IMG/VR virus record: IMGVR_UViG_3300048855_000198
Location: 1-44,776 of that record
From: a virus
Lineage: Duplodnaviria; Caudoviricetes
DNA length: 44,776 nucleotides
Direction: 5' to 3' (one strand)
Shown one piece after another: positions 37,579-44,776 of this stretch. The notes beneath the pieces were generated by a model. The model saw only the letters and a list, made by a program, of their open reading frames with translations. It did not search any database and was not told the origin of the DNA. The position numbers and the translations under genes are program-made. The first letter of the stretch is position 1; each line of letters begins with the position of its first letter.

Positions 37579-38223
37579 ATGCCGACGGCCCCTGCGCCGG
37601 CGATCGCGGCGCCGCGCGCGCTCGCCCGCCCCAAGGCGTTCTTCGACCGCGTCCGCCCGCAATTCGCGAACGGCACGATCAGCACCGCGCAGCTGGCGGG
37701 CATCCAGTGCAAGCTTGACGCGTTCGGCGCGGCCGGATGCCCGATCGCCTATGTCGCCTATGGGCTTGCAACGTCGTTCTGGGAGACGGCGCAGACGATG
37801 CGCCCGGTCCGCGAGATGGGTCGCGGCAAGGGCAAGGCTTACGGCGTGCCCGGCAGGCATGGCGGCCAGATCGCCTACGGGCGCGGCGACGTGCAGCTGA
37901 CCTGGGCGGACAATTACGCGAAGGCGGATGCGGAGCTCGGCCTCAAGGGCGGCCTGACCGGCAACTATGACCTGGCGCTCGATCCGGCCATCTCCGCGCG
38001 CGTCATGGTCGAGGGCATGCTTGAGGGCTGGTTCACCGGCAAGCGGCTGGCCAGCTACCTGCCCGCATCTGGGCTCGCCACCCTTGCCGAGTTCACCCAG
38101 GCGCGCCGAATCATCAACGGGACCGACCGCGCCGCCCAGATCGCGGCGATCGCCGCGGTTTTCCAGGACGGGCTTTCGCTAGGCGGATGGGGGCCTGTTC
38201 TTCCTCCCGCGCCGCGCGCCTGA
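37579..38223 (+). CDS. Endolysin, GH19/chitinase-like lysozyme fold
   Basis: WET..TM.PV.E, YGRGDVQLTW.DNY, ARRIING motifs. Confidence 0.9.
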   Translation: MPTAPAPAIAAPRALARPKAFFDRVRPQFANGTISTAQLAGIQCKLDAFGAAGCPIAYVAYGLATSFWETAQTMRPVREMGRGKGKAYGVPGRHGGQIAYGRGDVQLTWADNYAKADAELGLKGGLTGNYDLALDPAISARVMVEGMLEGWFTGKRLASYLPASGLATLAEFTQARRIINGTDRAAQIAAIAAVFQDGLSLGGWGPVLPPAPRA

Positions 38224-38343
38224 GGCGCCGCCACACCGCCACCAACCATTTCGCCAGCCGTACCATGCCGACCCCCTATCGGGGCGCGGCTCGCGGTCGG
38301 CTGAACCATCCCATCACCTCAGGTTCACGCAAGGAGACATCCC

Positions 38344-38712
38344 GTGTCCATCAAGTCGCTCTTCAAGAAGATCTTCCGCTCGCCGGCCGCCAAGGAGGTA
38401 GTCGAGATCATGCTCAGCGAGACGCAGGAGGCCATTGCCCTCCTCATGACGCTGCCGATCGCGAAGTCGGTGCGCGACAACATCCTCACGATCTCGAACG
38501 ACAGCCTGTCCGGCCAGCAGAAGTTCGATGTCGTGCTCGGCCGCACCATCCCCGCGCTCATCGCGCTGACCAAGGGCAAGGGACTGGAGACCACGGCTGG
38601 CGACATCGAGGACATCGCGCGCGGGTTGGTCCAGGCGATCTACAACGATGTGGCCTCAACGCGCGCCGGCACCATCGCCCGGAAGATCCTCTCGCTGTTC
38701 GGCGTCAGGTGA
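38344..38712 (+). CDS. Post-endolysin protein with amphipathic termini (lysis accessory candidate)
   Basis: AAGGAG RBS; MSIKSLFKKIFRS ... SGQQKF ... IARKILSLFGVR. Confidence 0.7.
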   Translation: MSIKSLFKKIFRSPAAKEVVEIMLSETQEAIALLMTLPIAKSVRDNILTISNDSLSGQQKFDVVLGRTIPALIALTKGKGLETTAGDIEDIARGLVQAIYNDVASTRAGTIARKILSLFGVR

Positions 38713-38948
38713 GCGGCACCGGCAGGGTCGTCCACGTCGACGCCGGCGCCGTCCCCAACACCAACCAGGCGGCGCGGCGCGTGCTGGTCGACCGGCCGAG
38801 TGGCGAGCGCCTCCTCTTCTACGTCCCGGTAGGCAACGATCCGCCCGAGGGCGTGACGATCAGCTGGGGGCCGCATCACGCGTGGTGGCCCGGTCACCGC
38901 GTCGACAAGCTCAGCCACGAGATCGACCCCGACGCGCCGCTGCGCTGA
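38709..38948 (+). CDS. Hypothetical protein
   Basis: GTGA overlap; 79 aa. Confidence 0.6.
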   Translation: MSGTGRVVHVDAGAVPNTNQAARRVLVDRPSGERLLFYVPVGNDPPEGVTISWGPHHAWWPGHRVDKLSHEIDPDAPLR

Positions 38949-38981
38949 TCCTCTTCCTCCTGAGCATGAAAGGCTCATCCC

Positions 38982-39395
38982 ATGGCAAACCGCCTCTACT
39001 CGCTTTACAAGCAGTCCCTCCTCGGGGCTGGCGTCAACTTGGTCACCGGCACCGTGAAGGTGCAACTGGTCGACACCGGCGCCTACACGTTTTCCGACAC
39101 GCATCAGTTTTTGTCGTCGGTGCCGGCCGCGGCGCGCATTGGCAGCCCGGTAACGCTCGGCAGCAAGACGGTAGCGAGCGGCGTGTTCGACGCGGCCGAC
39201 AGCACCTTCACGTCCGTCCCCGCCGGCACCGGCACCGCAGCGAACGTCGAGGCGATGGTCATCTACCGCGACACCGGGGACGCCACGACCTCGGACCTCA
39301 TCGCGTACATCGATGCCGCGACCGGCCTGCCGTTCACCCCCGATGGCGGCAACCAGAACGTCACCTGGCCCTCGGCTGGCATCTTCAATCTCTGA
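38982..39395 (+). CDS. Virion structural (minor tail/fibre-associated) protein
   Basis: MAN.LY...K..LVD...HQFLS..GVFDAAD..VIY.DTG...LIAYID..GLP.TP.GG...W pattern resembles a widespread phage structural family. Confidence 0.75.
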   Translation: MANRLYSLYKQSLLGAGVNLVTGTVKVQLVDTGAYTFSDTHQFLSSVPAAARIGSPVTLGSKTVASGVFDAADSTFTSVPAGTGTAANVEAMVIYRDTGDATTSDLIAYIDAATGLPFTPDGGNQNVTWPSAGIFNL

Positions 39396-39410
39396 TCGGA
39401 GGGCCGCGCC

Positions 39411-39779
39411 TTGAGCACGACCACGCATAACGTTCCCGCGATCGCGCGGGGGTATCCATACAAGGCGCGGCTCTCCGTCCGTCCTGTCGCCGAGGACGAA
39501 GCCAGCCCCTTCCCCGAAGGCTGCGCGCTGCTCGCCGACATCGCCCTGTTCGTGGGCGGTGCGGCGGCGGCGAGGCTCAGCACCGCAGACGGGACGATCA
39601 TGCGGATCGACGACAACACCGTTGAGCTCAGCATCCCCGGCGCATCGACGGCGCTGCTGACCAACACGACAGCGCAGCTGGATCTGGTCCGCACCGATCC
39701 ATCGCCCGACGAGTGGCTGGGCTTGCGGCTGCAGCTGCCTGTCGAGCAGCCGATCACCGCCGCGCGACGCCCGTCATGA
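39411..39779 (+). CDS. Fibre adaptor-like (BppU N-terminal-like) protein
   Basis: I.RG.., LSTADG.I, VELSIP...T, ..DL pattern; start TTG after GGAGGG. Confidence 0.55.
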   Translation: MSTTTHNVPAIARGYPYKARLSVRPVAEDEASPFPEGCALLADIALFVGGAAAARLSTADGTIMRIDDNTVELSIPGASTALLTNTTAQLDLVRTDPSPDEWLGLRLQLPVEQPITAARRPS

Positions 39780-40525
39780 CGCCGACGATCGTCGTCGAGC
39801 GGCTTCGCCGGCGCGCGCTGATCACCAGCATCGGCATGTCCGTCGTCCTGCTCGAGGCAGGCTGGCCCGCGCCACCACCGCCTACCGGTATCCAGCCGGC
39901 GCTGATCGCGTCGACGGCCGGCGTCGGTGCGCCGGTGGTCGCAGCCGGTGCGCCGGGCAGCTTGGCCCCGACGCTGATCACGTCGACCGCGGCTGTCGGC
40001 ACGCCTTCCCTGTACAGCGGCACCCGCATTCCGGTTGCACCTGGTCGCATCGAAAGCGCGGCGGCAGTTGCTGCGCCGTCAGTCGCCGCGGCGGTGGCGG
40101 GCACGATCGCGCCCACGCAGATCGCCAGCGGCTCTATCGTCCGTGCGCCGGCCGTCGCCGCGGGCGCCAGCGGCAGCGTTGCCCCGGCCCTGATCGCATC
40201 GAGCGCAGCAGTGGGATCGCCAACCGTCTCTGGCGGCGCGCGCCCGGCAGTGTCGCCTTCGCGGATCGAAAGCGCAGCGGTGGTTGGCTCGCCATCTATC
40301 GTGAAGGCTGACCAGGGCGCCATCGCGCCGGCCCTCGTCGCAAGCAGCGCTGCCGTGGGTGCGCCGACGGTGCAGCCAGCATCCGCGCCGCCCGTCTCAC
40401 CCACCGGCATTGCCTCCTCGTCTGCCGTTGGCAGCCCCACGATCGCGAAGACCGCGGCGGGGTTCTTCGGCTCGTCCACCTCAACCTGGGGCTCCGATAG
40501 CCCGACCTTTGGAGCGACATCATGA
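39776..40525 (+). CDS. Repeat-rich fibre-like protein
   Basis: About eight ~24-aa repeats of I/V.P..IAS.AAVG.P.V. Confidence 0.75.
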   Translation: MTPTIVVERLRRRALITSIGMSVVLLEAGWPAPPPPTGIQPALIASTAGVGAPVVAAGAPGSLAPTLITSTAAVGTPSLYSGTRIPVAPGRIESAAAVAAPSVAAAVAGTIAPTQIASGSIVRAPAVAAGASGSVAPALIASSAAVGSPTVSGGARPAVSPSRIESAAVVGSPSIVKADQGAIAPALVASSAAVGAPTVQPASAPPVSPTGIASSSAVGSPTIAKTAAGFFGSSTSTWGSDSPTFGATS

Positions 40526-41097
40526 GCCGTCAGGTCATCGACACCACCGCAGGCGCGGGCGACAGCGGCAAGGCCGGCGGCGACAAGATCAACGCCATGT
40601 TCGCCGAGCTCTACGGCATGGCACGCCCCTTCTACTACGCCATGGCCTCGCGCTCGTCGGGCAACGTCACTGCAGCCGCGAGCAACTCGACGTTCATCAA
40701 CTTCGACACCGGCATCGACCTGGTCCTGACGGCGAAAGTCGGCGACGTCATCGACGTCGGCATCAACTGCCAGGCGGCGGACGGGTACTCGGATCGTGGA
40801 TCGATCGAGTGGAACTTCGAGATCATCAACGGGGGCGTCGCCACCAACCGCGCGGCGGGTGCCCTCAACGCATCGACGTCGATCGGTTCATGGACGATCC
40901 GGGAGAACAGCTACTTCGGCCAGTCGGCCGCGCTTCGATACGTCGTGAAGCAGGGCGACATCGACGCCAACGGTAAGATCACGATCCGGCTCAAGGTCCG
41001 CACAAACGGCGGCAGCGGCCAACCCCGCTCGGTCTTCGCCAACAACGACGTGCCGTTCTTCTGGGACGCCCAGAACCGAGGCACTCCGGCTTCGTGA
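40522..41097 (+). CDS. Fibre/receptor-binding-like protein
   Basis: N-terminal GDS...GDKIN.MF.ELY fibre-attachment-like motif; beta-rich C-terminus. Confidence 0.7.
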   Translation: MSRQVIDTTAGAGDSGKAGGDKINAMFAELYGMARPFYYAMASRSSGNVTAAASNSTFINFDTGIDLVLTAKVGDVIDVGINCQAADGYSDRGSIEWNFEIINGGVATNRAAGALNASTSIGSWTIRENSYFGQSAALRYVVKQGDIDANGKITIRLKVRTNGGSGQPRSVFANNDVPFFWDAQNRGTPAS

Positions 41098-41100
41098 AAG

Positions 41101-41134
41101 GGAGCCCGCCCGCAGGGGGCAAAGGGCGGGCTCC
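41101..41134. terminator. GC-rich hairpin at the end of the late operon
   Basis: GGAGCCCGCCC-N12-GGGCGGGCTCC; U-tract weak. Confidence 0.45.
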
Positions 41135-41225
41135 TAGGTTGCATGTCCGAATACGAGGTCAGCGACTTGGGCATCAAGATGACTACGCCCCTACGGCAGG
41201 CCGGTCTCGCACATGAGCTATTGAT

Positions 41226-41349
41226 CTATGCCTGTTGCGGCGCCTGCCAAGCAGTAACGGCGAGCTCGCGGCACGCGCCCTGCCAGGTTGCGCGCGCTTC
41301 GCTCCACGGGAGCGGGCCTTCGACCTGCTCGATCCGGTTGCTGAGCCAA
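41226..41349 (-). pseudogene. Truncated paralogue of the 42037..42222 gene
   Basis: Translates W.SNRIEQVEGPLPWSEARATWQGACRELAVTAWQA vs WDSRITNLEGAIPWNEAGATWQAAFRELAVAARQA; N-terminus not homologous. Confidence 0.7.
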
Positions 41350-41443
41350 TGCGTTGCTGATGACCGCTTTGGGCCTGTACGGAATCCGCCTTCCCGCAGA
41401 CATCCATACTGCTTGCCAGGCGACGATATACGATTAAACCGAA

Positions 41444-41599
41444 ATGATGCCGGAGCCTACTTCTACACCTTGCAACCTAGTCAGGTTGCGCTCTCTCTTA
41501 GAGCAAGCTTTAGCCGAAGCCGACAAGTGGGATGCGGCTACAGCAGCATACATTGCGGCCGCACTTGATCGCCTCGACGAAAATTCTCTACTGCACTAA
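41444..41599 (+). CDS. Small helical hypothetical protein (51 aa)
   Basis: MMPEPTSTPCNLVRLRSLLEQALAEADKWDAATAAYIAAALDRLDENSLLH; stop overlaps the convergent gene's stop. Confidence 0.5.
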   Translation: MMPEPTSTPCNLVRLRSLLEQALAEADKWDAATAAYIAAALDRLDENSLLH

Positions 41600-41979
41600 T
41601 CCAGCATCCGCTGAGCCTTGAACATCGCTTCAAGCACTCTCACGACGGTATCATATCCGTGCTCTGTCAGAGCCACCGCCCGGTCGTTCCGCTCAACAAG
41701 ACGCCGATCCGCCAAGGCGATTAGCCAGCGCTCAACTACGCGCGGGCTCATGCCATCGTGTTTTCCAAGATCAGCTGGCTCAGGATACTGGGCACTCTCT
41801 TCCGCGATGAAGAGTTCTAATAGCAGGTTCATGGGCGTTGGGGGCGAAAATCCCGCTGGCAAACCCAACGATACGACCCGCGACGCAGCCAGCATTCTTT
41901 CGGCTAGCTTGAGGGTGGTGGTCGCGCTCACAACGCGAACTTGCCCGTTGGGCACCGATAACGTGCGCGGCAAAGCCAA
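41596..41979 (-). CDS. Winged-helix (MarR-like) regulator
   Basis: AAGGAG RBS + TTG; NLLLELF...RW..AL...LVER...LT..G. Confidence 0.72.
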   Translation of the reverse strand: MALPRTLSVPNGQVRVVSATTTLKLAERMLAASRVVSLGLPAGFSPPTPMNLLLELFIAEESAQYPEPADLGKHDGMSPRVVERWLIALADRRLVERNDRAVALTEHGYDTVVRVLEAMFKAQRMLD

Positions 41980-42036
41980 GCTCCTTTTGAGCGCTGACGC
42001 TAACCTAAGATATCGCGCGATTGCAAGGACTTACGG

Positions 42037-42222
42037 CTAATTATGGAGCGCTTGGCGAGCGGCGACAGCTAGCTCTCGAAACGCCGCCTGCCATGTCGCG
42101 CCCGCCTCGTTCCACGGGATCGCGCCTTCAAGGTTCGTGATCCGGCTGTCCCATAGCTTTTCGGCCAAGTGCTCGTTGACGGCTTCGATATCGTTGCTGG
42201 TGCATAGTCGGCAGCGGGGCAT
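42037..42222 (-). CDS. Small hypothetical protein, SOS-box associated
   Basis: MPRCRLCTSND...; LexA box 20 bp upstream; paralogous remnant nearby. Confidence 0.7.
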   Translation of the reverse strand: MPRCRLCTSNDIEAVNEHLAEKLWDSRITNLEGAIPWNEAGATWQAAFRELAVAARQALHN

Positions 42223-42242
42223 GGCGAATCGCTTGCGTTGTT

Positions 42243-42257
42243 GTTCCTGTTACGTTC
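42243..42257. promoter_or_regulatory. Alphaproteobacterial LexA (SOS) box
   Basis: GTTC-ctgttac-GTTC, an exact GTTC-N7-GTTC, in a 44-bp divergent intergenic gap. Confidence 0.75.
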
Positions 42258-42266
42258 CATAGCCGA

Positions 42267-42542
42267 ATGCGGCGGCAACAGCGAATCACGGTCGAGCTAT
42301 CGGTGCAGATCCTGCGTGCGGCGATGGCCTCGGGTAACCGGATCGATCCTGCCGCGGCACCGATTCGCCTCGCCCTCCGATGCCTCTGGCCGCACTGCCC
42401 CGAGCGCTGGCCGCTGGTCCAGTTCTGGGAGGGCGGGCAAGGTACGCACGATATCGGCCGGGCGCAGTCCATGACGGCTTCGTTCCACGGGATCATCCGA
42501 CAGCTGCGTCGGTCGGGTGCTTGGTCCGACACTACGGACTAG
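42267..42542 (+). CDS. Hypothetical protein, SOS-box associated
   Basis: 91 aa, starts 9 bp after the SOS box; IRLALRCLWPHCPERWPL..FW. Confidence 0.65.
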   Translation: MRRQQRITVELSVQILRAAMASGNRIDPAAAPIRLALRCLWPHCPERWPLVQFWEGGQGTHDIGRAQSMTASFHGIIRQLRRSGAWSDTTD

Positions 42543-42681
42543 TTTTCGTCGTACCCTCGAAATACCCAGCCGAGGAGTAATACGGAAAGCACGAACGCCG
42601 CGGCGAACGCTAGGAAAACTCTAAGCTCTACATGCACGGGAACGCGCTAGCCGCCATATAGCTCAGGCGCAAATCATCGGC

Positions 42682-42897
42682 CTAACTTATGCTCCAGTGC
42701 GTGGGCTGGTAGCCAACGGGCACGCCGGCCGGGTTAGGCGTGAACCACGCCTGCCCTTGGCGGACGAGAATGGTTTCGTTGCGGACGCCGTTCGCGTCAT
42801 CAACTTTCGTGACCACTCGCACCCCTTCAGGCGCCGTGTAGATGGGGTGCCACTTCCTCACGGGCCACGCATAGAGGCAGTCCATCGCGCGGAGCAT
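42682..42897 (-). CDS. Small DUF551-like hypothetical protein
   Basis: W.PI.TAP.G ... PTHW pattern. Confidence 0.6.
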   Translation of the reverse strand: MLRAMDCLYAWPVRKWHPIYTAPEGVRVVTKVDDANGVRNETILVRQGQAWFTPNPAGVPVGYQPTHWSIS

Positions 42898-42975
42898 TAA
42901 CCCAAGATGCTGTCGAGCAATGGCATTCGCCAGCTGCGCCGGTCAGGCGCCTGGTCGGACGAGACGCAGACATAA

Positions 42976-42999
42976 CAAAGGGGGCCGAAGCCCCCTTTG
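42976..42999 (-). terminator. Intrinsic terminator
   Basis: Minus strand CAAAGGGGGC-TTCG-GCCCCCTTTG followed by TTAT; downstream of the 43064..43309 gene. Confidence 0.8.
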
Positions 43000-43063
43000 C
43001 GAGCACCGGAGTGCTCCATTTGACCTGGCGGACGATGAGAGGGGTACGTCAGGCCAAACGGTA

Positions 43064-43309
43064 TTAGTTGCTGTCGCTGTCGTCGTCGTCAGCAACGATG
43101 ACGATGCCGGCGACGACCGCCGCGGCGGCGACGAGAGCGATAATGATGCCACCACCGGCAAGCTCGCTCTTCTTCGCCGAAGCCGAACCAGCGCGAACGG
43201 ACTTAGCGACCGACAGGCTGGCTGCCGGGTTGACCGGAGCGGCAGCGACAGGCGCCGCAACGAGCGCGGTGGCGGCAACGGCGGCGAGGTACTTCCGAAC
43301 CATGATCAT
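43064..43309 (-). CDS. Small exported/membrane protein (signal peptide + C-terminal TM + acidic tail)
   Basis: GGGAGA RBS; MVRKYLAAVAATALVAAPVAAA; GIIIALVAAAAVVAGIVIVADDDDSDSN. Confidence 0.85.
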   Translation of the reverse strand: MIMVRKYLAAVAATALVAAPVAAAPVNPAASLSVAKSVRAGSASAKKSELAGGGIIIALVAAAAVVAGIVIVADDDDSDSN

Positions 43310-43413
43310 TCTCCCGGATATCTATTAGCGCGATTGTGCAATGCAGCACCAACCGTAAAGAATTGGTTAACAGAGTCAAATCGCTGATCAGGAGGATGGG
43401 CCGACGAGACGAT

Positions 43414-43503
43414 TTAATCGCGGCTTCGCAAAAGGAGGAAGGCGATCGTCAACAGGGCGGCAACGATCATGATGACGAACGCGATGAGGTGGTGCCGCGT
43501 CAT
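43414..43503 (-). CDS. 29-aa single-TM peptide
   Basis: GAGG RBS; MTRHHLIAFVIMIVAALLTIAFLLLRSRD. Confidence 0.5.
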   Translation of the reverse strand: MTRHHLIAFVIMIVAALLTIAFLLLRSRD

Positions 43504-43560
43504 TTAAGCCTCGGCAACGAGGTCAGGCTGCTCATCCTCGCGCCGGCTTGGCCGGCTCGA

Positions 43561-43737
43561 TCAATCCGTCTCGTCGGGATCGCCAGCGACCACGTCCTCT
43601 CCGAACGCCTCGACAGCCCGAATGATCGCGCTGAGATCGTCCGCCATGAGGCCGCTCTCCTCGTCTACCTGCTCGCCCTCGTTGAACGTGGCGCGGAACT
43701 GGCGGAGGCGATCGAGCGAGGTGGTGAGATGGGCCAT
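43561..43737 (-). CDS. Small acidic hypothetical protein
   Basis: MAHLTTSLDRLRQFRATFNEGEQVDEESGL.ADDL. Confidence 0.6.
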   Translation of the reverse strand: MAHLTTSLDRLRQFRATFNEGEQVDEESGLMADDLSAIIRAVEAFGEDVVAGDPDETD

Positions 43738-44008
43738 AGCGGAAGGGTACGCAGCCGGCGCCGATTCGCACAAGCGCCGGTCAGCCCAGGATCAAGCGGA
43801 GGGTGATCGTGTGGCGACGATAAGCGACGCAGCGCAAGCCAAGAGCGTGATGGTAATGTTGTCCACTCGATCGTTCTAGGCCACCATTCGCTGACATGCG
43901 ACGGCGCGCCAGTTGTTACCTTTCAGATCAACTGCCAGTGCGCTTTGTGCTGGACAATCCGATCCAGCAGAACAATTTTTCTGAAGCGACTCGTTTTCAA
44001 GGGCGTAG

Positions 44009-44776
44009 ATGCCAGTGCAAGTTCAGCAATACCAACCTCCGCCCCGCCCCCCTAGGCCCACGGGAAACGAGCTTTGGGCGCGTTTCTACGAAACCTTCAA
44101 AGCGAGATGGTTTTGGATGCCCGGCTTGGTTTTCCCACTCGTCGGTTCAGCAGGGGTACTCTTCTTTGCGAAGGGCGACTTGGGATGGCTTGGGGCGATT
44201 TTCGTAGCGGCTCTCGGATTGCTTTACGCGACTGTCTTAGGAGGGCATGCGACGCTGAAGTTGTGGCTCGCTTGGCGACGAGGCGCACGAATGTACGACA
44301 GCGAAGAGCAGGTGGGAGCCCGTGCCGCTGCGCATAAGACCTTTATCGATGGGCAGATCGCGGACCTCGACCGAACCCTACAACGGGTCGCGACGCTAGA
44401 AGCCTCACTTGATGCGGAACAGGCCAGTATAACTGCCTTCGTTGCCGTACCGCAGTACGGCGATTTGCGTCCCAACAGTACCCAATTAGATATGTGGCAA
44501 GCTATGACAGAACTGCGCCTCGTGGTTCGGCCGGCTGACGGCGACATTGGGCCGATCGACGGTGAACCAGCGCTGTACGAATTCTTGGTCAGAGGCGATG
44601 GCGACCCGATGGCAACGTCGTCTGAGGAACATCGCGCGGCACAGCGAATATGGAAGCGCTCGATATACCGTAGAGACATCGCGACGGTAAGCGAGGTTCG
44701 CAGCCAAGCAGGTGCGCTCAAGACGTCGGCCACAAGCGCTTTAGAGATCGCACGAAACCTGCGCCGCCGCCTGTAA
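44009..44776 (+). CDS. 2-TM membrane protein with coiled-coil/cytoplasmic domain (right-end moron or flank)
   Basis: 255 aa; two hydrophobic helices then a helical domain; more AT-rich than the phage core. Confidence 0.7.
   Translation: MPVQVQQYQPPPRPPRPTGNELWARFYETFKARWFWMPGLVFPLVGSAGVLFFAKGDLGWLGAIFVAALGLLYATVLGGHATLKLWLAWRRGARMYDSEEQVGARAAAHKTFIDGQIADLDRTLQRVATLEASLDAEQASITAFVAVPQYGDLRPNSTQLDMWQAMTELRLVVRPADGDIGPIDGEPALYEFLVRGDGDPMATSSEEHRAAQRIWKRSIYRRDIATVSEVRSQAGALKTSATSALEIARNLRRRL

Noticed and set aside
39880-40450. Periodic repeats as a CRISPR array
   Set aside because: Degenerate protein-level repeats within an ORF; no identical DNA repeats or cas genes
41143-41568. 141-aa plus-strand ORF
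   Set aside because: No RBS or recognisable composition; region better explained by the minus-strand remnant and the 41444..41599 ORF

Overview
The window is a near-complete lambda-like temperate siphophage (prophage) of an alphaproteobacterium. The host is most likely Sphingomonas or a relative, inferred from high GC, an alpha-type GTTC-N7-GTTC SOS box and the small-protein types. The early half runs: tyrosine integrase and xis-like gene; a leftward early arm of mosaic hypotheticals, an SNase and a VRR-NUC; an immunity region (lipoprotein, HIRAN, SDH/ClpP-fold protease, S24 cI, cro) with readable GTTGGA-N4-TCCAAC operators; cII-like, adenine MTase, a DUF1376-type initiator with iterons, and a NusG-family antiterminator. 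The late half runs: lambda-like cosQ/cosN, TerS/TerL, gpW, portal, protease-capsid fusion, head-tail genes, tail tube, a -1 frameshifted chaperone, tape measure, tail-tip genes, an SGNH-esterase fibre, a lysis cassette with no visible spanin, a second fibre-like module and right-end morons. The most striking observation is that the central tail-tip (gpJ-like) protein ends in a poly-Gly linker followed by a complete intein-like Hint domain (GGGG|C...HN-K), predicting an autoprocessing or ligation step at the tail tip. Also notable are a protease + overlapping ORF + HIRAN + lipoprotein cassette behind cI, an M15-type Zn peptidase inside the tape measure, and a duplicated covarying hairpin before the endolysin. 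att sites are not visible in this window. All family calls come from motif recognition by eye; no searches were run.
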